NCBI GenBank assembly: GCA_965655095.1
Contig: OZ296648.1
Span: forward strand, 195,672,001-195,736,000
Reading direction: 5' to 3'
Length of the DNA stretch: 64,000 nt
From: Haplodiscus bocki
Lineage: Eukaryota
Part shown: positions 11,311 to 23,800 of the stretch, one piece after another
Layout: each line of letters starts with the position of its first letter
Position numbering within the stretch: position 1 is the first letter of the stretch
Notes under the pieces: generated by a model
The model's input: the letters and a program-made list of their open reading frames with translations, nothing else
Told to the model about the DNA's origin: nothing
The model's database searches: none
Position numbers and translations under genes: made by a program

Positions 11311-12391
11311 GACAGACATTGTTCTTACTGAAACAGGCGACGATGACGTTAAATTTATAGAAGGCGGCGAGGGAGTGCCTAATATTACTAAAGTGAACAA
11401 TATTCTACATTCTATTTTTTCTAATGCAGAATTGTACATCAACAACCATCAAATCCACAATTCGAACGGACTTTATTTTCAAAAATCTCACATTTCTAAC
11501 AATTTCAAAAGTACCTTGAGAGATTACAATGGAGTCTTGCTTTGTGAAGGTTATGACTATGATGAAGATCCAGAGAATCTCCTCGGAGGTCCATTTTTCA
11601 TTAGAGGAGTGAAATTGTACAGTAGACTTCACGGATTCATGTTTTACTGTAATCTCCGCGTCGAGTTTCTTAGAACATTGGAATTACTATTTCCAACTAT
11701 GAAAGTACGAATCAGAAAAAGTCGAGCCCGACCAAACTTCTACATGACAAGCGAGAATCCCAATGTCAGCTTGGGTATTGTGAACTGTTCCCTGTACACT
11801 GGGCACGTGATGCTCAAAGAAAATTTTCACAGCAGGAGAATGTCTCAACTAACTTATGCTCCAGTTGAGTACATCTACATGGAAATCCTGACAAACACTT
11901 TTATCATTCCTGCACGACAGAACCAAATAAATCAAGAAAATTTGTTCAACAACGCACCTATACGTCGAATGGCCATTGCATTGAATTCAAACTCTGCCTT
12001 TACTGGATCCTTTGCAGAGAATCCATTCTGGTATCAACCGTTTAATCTGAGAGTTATTAGAAAACTCAGAGGAGGACAGCCAATTGTACACCACGTTACG
12101 ACAGATGATTGTCGCTTGTATGTGACAACAATGAAAGCAATGATCTTTCAGGACGATTTTCCATCAATGCCAGTTGATAAATTCAAAGAGCATTACGTAC
12201 TAGTGTTTGATCTGACTTCAATGCAAGATTCTACTAAAAACTGTTACTATCCGAAATTAATTGGAGAAACACTGAGTTTGGAATTATACTTTAGTTCACC
12301 TCTAGAAAATGTTACAGAAATCAATGTATTCGGTGAACGTTTGTCTTTTGTTCCAGTCGACACGTTTGGTGTTGTGGGAAAGAAGATTTGA
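11310..12391 (+). pseudogene. Maverick major capsid protein (double jelly-roll), N-terminally truncated but otherwise open
   Basis: ORF 11261-12391: VNNILHSIFSNAELYINN, ENLFNNAPIRRMAIALNSNSAFTGSFAENPFWYQPFNL, YVLVFDLTS, LSLELYFSSPL. The first ~17 codons derive from the upstream gene. Confidence 0.9.
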
Positions 12392-12392
12392 A

Positions 12393-12785
12393 ATGGATAA
12401 CAATTCCCTGAAGCAAATTGCTAACCGTATAGTTTTGCTCAAGTATCGGTTCATTGGATCATTTCCCTCTGACTTTGTTCCAAAACTTCCAGATGAAACG
12501 TTTGCGATTATCAACACACAGCCTAGCAAGATGCCAAGAGAGCATTGGATAATGAATCCAAAGATTCGTCATGAATTGTATTTCGCCGATTCTCTTGCTC
12601 AACAATTACCCTCTTCCAAAGCAAAGTTACAGCCAAATGGGTCGGACAAGACTACAAGATCTTCCCAGAGTTTGCGGTTTCTACACAATTTATGCAGAAG
12701 TTCATTTGATCAAGTTTCAACCACAGGAGGTAACTGGCGTTCATGATGTTTGAAACTCTGTTTCAAAAGTAATTTCGTGTTATTG
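12393..12785 (+). pseudogene. Maverick adenain-like cysteine protease (frameshifted)
   Basis: FIGSFPSD...AIINTQPSKMPREHWIM...LYFADSL, then in another frame RLQDLPRVCGFYTIY, giving the catalytic H, D, Q and C. Confidence 0.88.
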
Positions 12786-12959
12786 ATTACCAATTTGCTG
12801 TAAGTGTGCAAATTATACAATGTATTTGTTCAACTTTATACATTTTAATTAATTTCTTAAAACTTTACCGCAATCTTTTTACTTGGCTCGACCACAAAAA
12901 ATATGGCGTGGGGCAATCCTCTTGCACAGGTGCGAATCCAATCAGGACTGCCTCTTCTT

Positions 12960-13303
12960 TGACGGCGTATAAAATATGCGGCGGCAGAACAATTATCTGG
13001 CGGCGGAATAAATATCCTGTGCGGCGCGGGTGGGCCGAAAATTCGAAAAAAACTCACAGTGCCGAAAAATGTCGCACAGTCTCTAAAAGACCCTATTCCA
13101 TATCCTAATACAATTTTCAGCCATTCCATATCCTAAAACCTCACCAAAAACACTATCTTAACACATTACCGAAACTATACCCTATCTTAATACTTGTCTG
13201 GTAGACCCCTCTCGGCCCGGGGCACTATTCGGCTGCAATGGCCCATCTTAATACATGGAGGGTCTACGGGCCCCCCGTCTGATCAGCTCGGCCTTCTACT
13301 ACT
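12960..13303 (-). repeat. Right TIR of the Maverick (~345 bp)
   Basis: Inverted copy of 3516-3966 with internal deletions; ends in CTACTACT (5'-AGTAGTAG on the minus strand). Confidence 0.9.
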
Positions 13304-14879
13304 CCTGGATCTTCAAACACATTCTATTACCGGTAAGGTCAGCATTTTTTCGAAACTGATATGTTTGGTTATATGGGCAGAAGATTTGAATTGACAATGT
13401 TAAGTGATTTGATAAGAGAAAACTTTGTGTTTACTTATGTTTCACATGCTTCACAATACCACGTTTTTCCTTGTTTCTACGTTCACCAGATTTTACATAG
13501 CCTTCTCTATGAGATTAGTATTCTTTTACTTTGTTGAAAATAGTTTTGTCCACTTATTGCAAGGTGCTTGTTGGTTTTTCTATGGTAAGATTCAATATAC
13601 ATTTGATATTGCAAACGACAAGTTGTACAAATTCTATACTCCATTTTCATACAAACATCTTATCCGAAATAAATTTTCGATTTTGTTTTTTTTCAAAAAC
13701 GATTCCAGATTGGTATTATCCCTTATCACTAACAATTGCATCTTGATCATAAAATTTATTCTTGCAATGAACATCTTCGTCATTAATAAAAATTGGAAAT
13801 ATCGTTTTCGAATACATGTTGCCGCGTTGAAGTATTAACATTATAATCTAGTTCATTAATAAATTCTTCACAAATTCCACAGAAAAACAACAATTGTTTT
13901 CTCTTTAAATTTTATTTCAGCCCTTTCCAGATCGTATCTATAGAGATTCTTTACTTTGGTGGCTGAATGATAGTTTATTTAGACTTTCATTGAAAAATTT
14001 AACAAAGGTTTCACAAAAAACGCAATAAAAAAGCTTTCAGCTTTTCATTTTCAATTTCGCTCATACAATGTTCTTTCAGAGTTCGCTTTTCAAACGGTCG
14101 GCTTCTCCGGCATTTAGTACACTCTTTTCACAAAATTTAGGATAAAAAATCTCTTTTTTAAAACCAACTCAGTTGTCATATACAGCGTTTTGTAATATTT
14201 TTTCAATTGTAAGTCTACAAGTTTCACCAGCCATGAAGTTCCTTCATTTTGGTTATTACTATTCGGAAGGATCCTTCAGTTTTTGTTCTTGAGATGTTTT
14301 TAAAGGTCTAATAGGAACTTCGTTACGAAAGCAATTCCGAAAATTCGCGAAAGAAAATCCTTGAACAGTCCCAAATTTTCTTTTTCCCACGTTTAACATT
14401 ACTTGCAATGTTGTCTCTGTAATTTCAGTACATGCATTTCAAAAATCTCCCATCCGAAAGGTGGAAAGTAATTTTTTAGTCATTTGTGTAATACTTCAAT
14501 GTTCACCTATTAAAACAAGCTGAATGCGCGTGTTTCCTCCAAAATCGATGAAAAAAATTGATGTTATTGTCTCAAATGCTTCGTTCGAAGCTGGTTTGTT
14601 GCAAATTGTCCTAATTTGACTCGGTAATGTCTTCCAAAAGACCTTGTCGGCCTATTCACCGTCTCATTAGCAGACAGTCATGGTGCATTAGCTCAGATTC
14701 TGTCTTATCCCAACCGGAGGAGAAGAATGGTTTTTCATCGAGTCTGTATGATATTTATATATATAAATTCTTTGAACCCCAATTTGCGGGAGGATATATT
14801 ACATTTTCATTTTATTCATTTATAATTATGAACAGTTTGATAACATTTGAACTATGTGGATACCATAGTTCACACAATT

Positions 14880-17800
14880 CTATTCAGTCCAGTTTTTCGA
14901 GCTTAGTATGAGTGTAGTCAGTTTTATACAATCGTCTTGATTAAAGACGTTCAGGTTTGTACAGTTATTTGGTCTGTTAGCAGATTGTAGTTTGCAGTTT
15001 AAAAAGAAATGAAATAATGTTTCTTCCGATTCACCACATTCACACATCGGTGAAGCACAGAGACTCAATTTCCACTTCATTTCAGCTAGTTTTAGGGAAT
15101 TGCCAATCAGGATCTCGCAGATTTTATTAGCTGTGTCTTGTTTGCCGCATATCATCGGAGAGATATCGTTAAATGCTGGTACACTTGCAGTGAGGTTCGT
15201 GAGAAAGGAGTTGTTAAACCGTCCTCTCCATCGTTTGCGCCATTGGTCAGTGATAAATCCCGCAATTTGGTCATTAGTATACTCGAGAATGGTTTCCTTG
15301 TTCATAATTCGACTGTATCTCTTCAAACTTGATTCTAGTGAGTTAGCTCGGCTGCGAGATTTACTAATTGATTTCAAGTGAGAATCCCGTTTGAGATCAT
15401 CATTCTGCCTGATTTTGATGGCGAACTTGACAGCTATGCTTTCGCAGTAAATGTCAATCGGTGGTCTTCCAGTCAATGCTTCACACGCTTCAATAGAGGG
15501 AGACGGAACATGTTTGAAAATTTTTCTCATAACATTATTCTGAAGGCATCTGAGTTGGTGGGTATTTCTGTGGTACCAAAGCGGTGCACCATACAGGGCT
15601 TGCGGCACAATAATTGTTCGATAGAGATAAACTTGGGTCGTGAGAGATAGACACCATCTATTTGTGCATTTGCTGGTAATGGCAGCCCAATTACGCTGGG
15701 CTTTCGATACACTCAGCTCAGCATGCTCTTTAAAATTAGTTTTATTGTCAATGATTATCCCTAGAGACTTTGTGGATGTTTTAACTTTACAAATGTCAGA
15801 ATTTAGCACGATTTCGAATGGATCTTCGCTGTTGTAATTGAATAAGACTATCTCAGTTTTGGAACCATTAACAGCCATGCGCCATTTGTCGCACCACCGT
15901 TTAATATTATCTGCAGCGGCCTGCGTTCGGTTTGCGAGCTGTAGAATATCATCGTCAGTTAAAATCAGAGCTGTGTCATCCGCAAACTTGAATCGAATGG
16001 GGTATTCATCGATGAAATCATTAATGAACAAAATGAACAATGTTGGCGAGAGTACACTGCCTTGCGGTGAGCCGATGTGAACCGGAAAATTGTTTGAATG
16101 ATAGTTTCCGATCTTTTTAAAGGATAATCTTCTATTGAGAAAAGCCTGGATCATACTGAGCAAGTTTCCTGTTATTCCGTTGTTCTGAAGTTTGTACAAG
16201 AAGCCGTCTATCCAAACACTATCGAAGGCTTTCTCAAGGTCTATATTCAGTAAAACCGCTGGTTTTTTATTTCTCTGAATATCTTCCAACTCTAATTGCA
16301 TTCTGTACAAAGACCAAACGGTGCTTCTTTTCTCTCTGAAACCTTCTTGTTCTTCCTCAATTATTTTACCAGACGTAAAGAAAGTGCGCAATCTTCGGTT
16401 TATCATTCTTTCGAATAATTTTCCAACATGACTGGATAAGGTTTTTGGTCTGTAGCTGGAACTGAATGCATAATTAGATTTGCCTGGTTTCTTTATGAAG
16501 ATTACTCGAGATGAGTTCCAGTGCCAAGTGGACTCGTGCCATTAACTATTGAAAAGTTTCAGTAGCCTCAGTTTCATTCTAATACCAAAATGTTTCAGCA
16601 TGGATGCATGAATCCCAACATTATCGAACGCGTCCGACTGAGGAATATCTTTGATAGCACATTCTAGTTCATACATCGAGAAATTCTCGTTGAAGTGTTC
16701 TTCATCATGCTCAGCGTTGATCTGCGGGTCCTGATTACGAACCCTCCGTGTCACCTCAACGTAATGATCCTCATCGAATGATCTTCCTTTGAGATGCTGC
16801 CCTAGGAAGAACGTTTTTCTTAGTTCCTCAGAGATCTCTTCTTTTGAAGTAGCCAGCCGTCCATCGGAACATTGCAATGGGCCTATTGCGCATTCTCTCA
16901 TTTGGAATACATGCCGAAATTTTTGCCAAAAACCTTTGCCTTTCCTGTAATTCAATCCAGTTAAAGTTTCTCGCATCCACTCCGAAGATTTCTCAGATAA
17001 AAGGCTCTTAAACTCATTTTTCGCATTATTAAGTCTTTCTCCATTTGAGTAGTCGGAGCAGTACTTGAATTTTTTTCGGAGAGCTCTGAGTTCCGCACTT
17101 TTTTGAGATAGATCTTCAGACCAGAAAGGTTTGCTATGCCTGGAGCTTCTTTTATAAGGAATGGCCAATCGTGTTGCTTCGGTAACGTCGACAAGTACAC
17201 TTCCCCATTGATCTGTGGCGCCTGGGCATTGAACTGCCTCAAGTGATGCATGCGATGATATTTCTAACACGTTCTGCCAGGCTTCCCAGTCTGCTTTTTG
17301 CAACCACGATTTGGTATTTCCTTCTTCCATCGTCCTACTTAGGTTGCATTTCACTATTAAAGGTATATTTCCACGTTGCGGCGCTCCTGGAAGAGTTCAA
17401 CATTTGGGTCAGTTGTTAGCTTGAATCCTACTTGCGTAGCGATTCGTCCACTTACAATGCATAGATCTATAACACTCGAACCAATGGATGACAAAAAAAT
17501 TTTTTCTCCATTTTTAAGGACGTTGTCTTCAGCAGAAAGACTTTCCAGAAGGAGGTAACCGTTAGGATTGCATATACTATCACCCCACAAGCAGTGTCTA
17601 GCATTGCAGTCTCCCAAGAACAACACTCCATCAAGGCTGTGCTGGTGGTGGAAGTTTCCCACTTTTTCTCTCTGTTCTATATATTTTTCCATTGAAGCGG
17701 CTTCATTTGGTTTCACGTATGCTGTACCGATTATGATCTTGACCCCCGCCACCACCGTTAAAATCAGAATGCTGTCATGGTCTTTCAGTTCAAGTTCATT

Positions 17801-18040
17801 TAAACGAGTGTAACTCAAGTCCTTACTTATTATGATAGCAACGCCATCACTTCTCACGCCACTACATGTTGATTCCGTGAAATAATTTGCAGCGAAGTCC
17901 TTATCTAGTTGTCTTTTTGTTTCGTTGAGGCAACAGATTGTCGGTTTATGTGTTTCAAGGTAGTTGGTAAAAGTCAGCTTGCTATGCTGGGCAACACCAC
18001 CAATATTCAGCTCAATGAAGGTTAAGTTTATGTTAGCCAT
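14880..18040 (-). pseudogene. LINE ORF2: APE endonuclease, reverse transcriptase, C-terminal CCHC
   Basis: APE: ELNIGG, CLNETK, FLGDCNARH..WG, SVIDLC. RT: EQEGFR, IDLEKAFDSV, GSPQGSVLSPTLF, FADD. C-terminal CECGESEETLFHFFLNC. Frameshift near 17385 and a TAA at 16542-16544 split it into three ORFs. Confidence 0.93.
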
Positions 18041-19252
18041 TATGAGGAGTGGATTGGTCCAGTCCCCTAGATATTATAACTGTTTGTAACTGCTTGATGT
18101 ATACATCACACTGGATATAGTTGGAGGGATGATTTAGATTACAGTTCGCACATTTGTTTTCCTGGTTTTTATTGGGGCAGTCCCTAAATAATTGATTTTC
18201 ACTGCAGTGTCCACATTTCTCACCTGATTGACATTTGGCACTGATGTGACCAAACTTCTGGCATTTGAAGCATCTGATAATCTGTCTCCCATTTTGCACG
18301 AAAGGTATTGTTTTAAAATAGATAGAGTCGATGAAAAGCCCTTGATGCAGAGCTTTTCCAGGATCGTTTTCAGATTTCAGCACAATTTTAACTGTCCCAA
18401 GTTTTGTCGAGTCTCTCTTTTTGAAACGCGTTGCTTTCGCGTCTTTGAACTGAGTATCTAAACAGCTTTGAATCATTTCATCGTTCACATCTGGCGGAAC
18501 CTTCTTGATGATGACAGCACGATTTGGCTTCTCCGTTGAAAGAGCTCTTCTAATCTTTGTTGAATCACCAAGAAACTCCGGTTTCCACTTCTCAAAGCTT
18601 CGTCGGCCTCCTCTTTTGACACAAACTCTAAATGAACGTTTCCTCTGGTTGTGTTGAATGCATGAATCAATCTTCTACGTGGAAATTGTTTAGCAAACTC
18701 TTTCTTAATTTGTACACTGTCTTTGAAGTTGAAAGTACTTGAAGCTATCAAAATGTGTTCAGGATTGCGTTGCGGAGTTATGTATTTTTGTGAGCCAATT
18801 TGTATGGTATGACTCGTTTGTCCCACTGCTTTGGCATAGCTTGCTCCAGAAGTATTGGTTTGCGCTTCTTCTATTTGCTTCGCAGTTGTTGTTACTGCTT
18901 CGTGTACTACTTCAACAAGTTTCTCAGTCGTTTCGTCATGCTTCGCAATTGTTTGTTTTACAAGGTCTTTGACAACTGTCAATTTTTGATCGACCTCCGC
19001 CTTATATTCTGTAAGTCCCGTCTGTATGCTACGTTTCGCATAACAACGACATTTATCACAGAACCACATGGCGCCTTCTATCTGTTCTAATAACTCGATT
19101 TGCTCCTTACTAACTTTAGCGCAGTGCCCATGTGTCCATTTTTCGCATGCATGAGAAAAAATAGATGGATCAGTACCAACCAGATTTGTGCAATTGAGAC
19201 ATTTTCTCGTTTTATTTTTCTTGTTACGTTCACCCATTTTCTCCCGGCCCAA
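18033..19252 (-). pseudogene. LINE ORF1: PHD finger, coiled coil, RRM-like region, three zinc knuckles
   Basis: CLNC...ACEKWTHGHCAKV...WFCDKC (PHD). CFKCQKFGHISAKC, CGHCSENQLFRDC and CANCNLNHPSNYIQC (knuckles). One frameshift near 18600 joins ORFs 18485-19252 and 18033-18488. Confidence 0.88.
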
Positions 19253-19698
19253 ACTGGGTACGTACTAAGACACCGAAGTCCCTGAGGCTCCCAGTTTAAA
19301 CAAGGAGAAAATTTGACTAACTTCAAGATGATCCTATTCTTCTTTGCGCCTTTCTTCTCTTTTTCTGAGAGGGTCCGTTTCCAGGAATCCTTTTTTCGAA
19401 AGATTTCGAAGAATTGTCAGGGGACTTATAGATTTGGGATTAAGGGATAGTTGTATAACTCAAACTTCTATATGCGTTGTCCAAACAACTTGCCCCCACT
19501 AATAGAACCATGAAAAAGAATTGGAACGAACTAACGGGATAGAAGATGTTGTGTTCTTCCCTTTTGGTCAGAGTCTGAAAGGGGTGAAATCCACTTGCAA
19601 GCTATATCGATCGCCGGACTTTCTAAAATCCCGAAGGCTACCCAATCGTATCCAGATGCCGGCACACTATATTCTCTGAAATGACTTATTAAACAGCA

Positions 19699-19850
19699 AT
19701 GACTTGCTATTTTAATAAGTTTATCACAAGAATTAGGCTGGTGAACCATTCTGCCTGATCAGCTGACTCGACGAGACGCCTGTTGATGTAGTTAACTTCA
19801 CAATTTCATGACTTCATCTATTTAATAAGTTTATCACAACAATTAGTCTG
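19699..19850 (+). repeat. ~42-bp direct repeat pair
   Basis: ATGACTTGCTATTTTAATAAGTTTATCACAAGAATTAGGCTG (~19699) and ATGACTTCATCTATTTAATAAGTTTATCACAACAATTAGTCTG (~19808). Confidence 0.7.
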
Positions 19851-20884
19851 TACGAAAACGTTTTCAATTACGTTTATTCCCGGTTATGCTCTCTGGAGAT
19901 GGCCAGTGAAGCTTTTTCATACAGCTAATTGATAATGCAAAGTACCACCCTGCATAAAGCTTAGCGAAAAGAAGATCTATTTTACCACTGGTATAACGTT
20001 TGTGTATGTATATATACGCTTTTGTCTGAAAAGGTCGCAATTTTTTGTGAATGGAAAGCAGTCAATGTTGGAAAAAACGACGTCATTCTTTTTGACTTTA
20101 AGTTAACTCTAAATGTTGAAAGTACAGCTAGGAGCGTCTAGCTGGGTCTTAGAAATGTATGGTGATTTTTTTTGTCTTTGAGGGGTAATGATTTTTTACT
20201 CGGTTTGATCTTGTATGATTTTTGGTGTTTTCTTGGTAAGTTTAGTTGATTTAGGGGTTAATTTGGTTTAAATATATGTTTTTCAAAGTTTTTGTCCCCG
20301 TTGTCAAAAGTCTCGTTTATTAGTGTAGTAAACGGAATTAGTTCGCTGAATTTTGTCTTTTACACACTTTTATTCTTTCAAGTCGTGGACTTGCGCGCTG
20401 ACCATTTGTACTACGGCTTCGATTTTCAAGCAATCTGTTAATGCTTAGATTTAATTTTTACTAGTTGCTCTACCTGAAAGCCACATTTTCTCCGGTACTT
20501 TTTACGGAAAACGCTTTTAGCCTTTTCCAAAAAGTTTTGAGGCTTCAATAGTTTTGAGTACAGTGTTAATAGCGGTCGCATATATGCAAGTGAAGTGCAG
20601 GAACCCGCGCTTCTCTAGTATGTTTGTATTCACTTTCATTCCAATCGGAATTTCCAGCTTACATTTCATAGATGATTATTCTTTTCAGTTCACCATTAAA
20701 ATGCTATGAAAAGATGTTCGCATGAAAATTGCCAAACTCTTGTCAATAGAGTTTTCACCCCTGCAGACCTAAAACCCCTTTCGAAAATTGCCTGGATTCA
20801 GATAGTATCAACGGGAAAGTTGACGGAAACAAAGTGAATCGTAGTTCAAACCCTGCGGTGTAATTATTTGAAATTCATTTTCTG

Positions 20885-23800
20885 ATGAATTCGCGATGCA
20901 GTTCATTGAAGTCTAAAGAAAAACTGAAGAAGACAAAAAATGCTAAGTCAAAAAATCCATCATCTGTTTTGAAGTCAGGGCAATCTCTAGCTTTGAAGCC
21001 TAATAAAAATGAAGAACACGAGGGAACCTTCTCTGCAGAGTATTCTGCCGAAAAAGCAACTTCTAGTCTTGACAAATGTGCAGTTTTATTGGCGAATATT
21101 TTGGGAGATGATGTGAGCGATAAGATAATGTCCATCTCGTTTGGCAAAGATGATTGTTGTTCCAGCAGCAGTAAGGAGGAAACAGGGAAGAAAATTTCAA
21201 ACATGGCGGCTCCGCCACGAGTTGTGGAGAAAGGAAATCATACTTCTGAAAGTGTTCTCAGAGTTTCTAAGTTAGAAGAACGTCTCAAACGCAGTGGTTG
21301 TTTCGGCAACAGCTCTTTGTCAAATATGAATTCACAGTCATCAGTAGTTGTACCTACTGCTCTGAACAACGCAGCAACTGAAGAGGCATTCACAGCACCT
21401 GCGATTGGCTGTGCCACCTATTCCCTTTCCAGCAGTTCATTCTCTTCCAAACTAAAAAGTATTTTTGAAGATGGTGTACCTGGGGCGGCAGGAGATATTA
21501 AAGCAAGCAACCACAGCGTATCCGAACATGAAATGTCTACCATGAGCCAAGTTTTGCTCACACCAAAAGTGAGCGATTGGATGAAACCAGGAATGCATAA
21601 CGCGAATGACCTAACTTCTAAAGCACCCCTTCAAGTTTCTTACGAAACAGTTTTACGTTCAGAGTCACTTGCAACTTCAACGCCTAGACATAACAGATCA
21701 TTGGATCTTGAGAATGAAGATATGAATGAACCAACGACTGCAAATAGCCAAACCATTTCGAAAGAAACGCAAGATGGAAGAAATGAAGACGTGTTGACTC
21801 GTGAGCTGGAACTACCGAGTGCTGCGAATCCAAGTGAAATTTTGGATGGCAATCAAAAAGATAGCTATCCTTTCTCGTCTAATCATGACCCGGACGATGA
21901 CCGATGGACTATTTTGTTACTTAATACGCTCAATCACGATAAAAGTCTGACTTTGGAACAAAAATTGAGTCTTATTGCAACGGCCGGTCAAGTTAGTATG
22001 ATGAATTCTGCCGACAAAAGTGACATTTCCGCTGGTGAAAAAAAGTTAGCCACCACGGAAAAGTCAAAAGTGGATGTCAATAAAGTTTTAATGGAAACCC
22101 TTTCCAAATTATCGGCTGAAACTTCAAGTGCGTCGAGAAAGAATCAGATTCCGCAGTTTCCGAGTAAAGATGAAGTTTTCTCGAAAAGTAATTTGTACGA
22201 CTCGAATGTGCTTCGGCATCGAAAGCTGAGTGCCATCAATGAACATTTATCAGTTGTGAATGACGTGTTCAGTGACTTAAAGCAAATTGCTGGTCGAAAG
22301 GCAGACCCAACTTTGAATGAAGCGATCGAAGAATTGGAAAACGCTATCAGTGTTATGCCCGGAATGATCGATAAAAAGATATTTGACAACGAACTGAAGT
22401 TCACTGTGGAGCCGCTGCAGGAAAAAGTGATTTTGGTGGAAGGTGAACTTGCTGAAACACGTGCCAGGTTAGAAGCGATGGAAAAGTTGCACAAAGAATC
22501 AATGGAAAATCGGCAAAAGGAAGTTTCGTCTTTGAAAGATAGCTTCAATCAGCAATTAGCTGCCGAAAAACTGAACTGCAACAAACTCAAATCTGCTAAG
22601 TTTTCACTTGAAAAAGACAATGAAAAACTTGAAAACGAGGTAAAAACTGTCCACGATCAGTTGAAATGCCAGCAAATGAAGTTAGAAAAATGTTCGACTG
22701 GTTTTACGGAAGAGATCAAGGAAATAAGAGTAGAAATCACTGCGGCCTTGAACGAAGTGCAGAAACAAAAGGCTAAGCTGGGGGTCGCAGAACGTCAAAA
22801 CGAGGAGTTAAATTGGAGCGTGGAGGCGAAAACAGAAGAAGTGAGAACTTTGGAGGAACTCGCCAAAAAACAACACGAGAACATCAACGACCTGGTGAAA
22901 GAGTTGAGTATTTTGCGAAGTTCTCTGCAGCAACAGAAAATGCTATCTGACACTTTAGCTCTCGAAGTTAATTCTCTGAAGAGTGAAAGAAACAAATTTG
23001 CTGTTGAGGCAGCAAAAATTAGACAATCTTTCGATTTTGCAGGACTGCCCAATGTCTCAATCGCTCGAACTAATTTTGGCCAGTATCCGATACCCGTGCC
23101 CTATCTTAGCAACGCTGGCTCCAGAAACCTTTCTTCAATCAGTCGAAAACCCAATGTTTCAGATCGCGTGAATTTTCAGCCGAATACAAATCAAATTTCT
23201 GGCAGTTATTTTGGAGATGAAGAAAATGGTAGTCAGCCTTCTAACCACTTGAATGGATTTTATAGTCAGATGGTTGTTCAAAGAATGCCAAAAATTGTGC
23301 AAAATGAGGGGAAAAGTTCTTCTAGATTAAGCAAAGAGCCTCGTATACCGCCAAATGACTCTGACTTCACAACCAAAAATGACGAATGCAGTGTGAACAA
23401 TTTAGGCCAACACTTAGACTCGTTTTTACCTCATACATCTACAGAACACATTGTAGCTCATGCTGCGAATATCAACTTCAATTCTCATCCTTTTCCTAAA
23501 GAGTTGGAAAGTCCCAACAAACAAAGTTTAGACTCGCAAAACGGCGGGAACTTTTTTCAAGCATCATCTGATGCCAATAATCTGAAAATTGGAAACAGTC
23601 CCAAGAAGTTAGAAGGAGTTTCAAATGCTGCAAATGAAGAGCAAGTTTCAGCAGTTAACGATCATGCCGATGACTATGTTCCTCGAGATGGCGACTGGGT
23701 CCCAGAATCTGTTGGAAACCTTTCCACGCAGCCGAACAAGGAAATTGTCGCCTCAACCTCAAGTGCAGTGATTCAACAGGAATTACCCGCTTCTGGGCGT

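Larger units (their letters stand above)
3516..13303 (+). mobile_element. Maverick/Polinton (adintovirus-like endogenous virus), internally deleted and decayed
   Basis: Inverted termini AATAGTAGAAGGCGAAGCTGATCAGACGGGGG (3516) and CCCCCCGTCTGATCAGCTCGGCCTTCTACTACT (ends 13303). 6-bp TSD CCCGGA (3510-3515) / CCTGGA (13304-13309). Internal ATPase, integrase, two capsid genes and a cysteine protease. Confidence 0.93.
14750..19530 (-). mobile_element. Non-LTR retrotransposon (LINE), near full length, recently inactivated
   Basis: ORF1 and ORF2 below, with a short (TA)n tract at ~14755-14767 as a possible 3' tail. Both ends are approximate and no TSD was securely identified. Confidence 0.88.

Noticed and set aside
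14646-14682. SECIS element (ATGA...AA...TGA on the minus strand)
   Set aside because: The upper stem is only ~6 bp instead of 11-12, and no selenoprotein ORF with an in-frame TGA lies upstream.
14617-19770. TGACTCG (14617-14623 and 19764-19770) as the LINE target-site duplication
   Set aside because: Only 7 bp, not adjacent to a tail, and the outer flanks do not obviously join. A chance match cannot be excluded.
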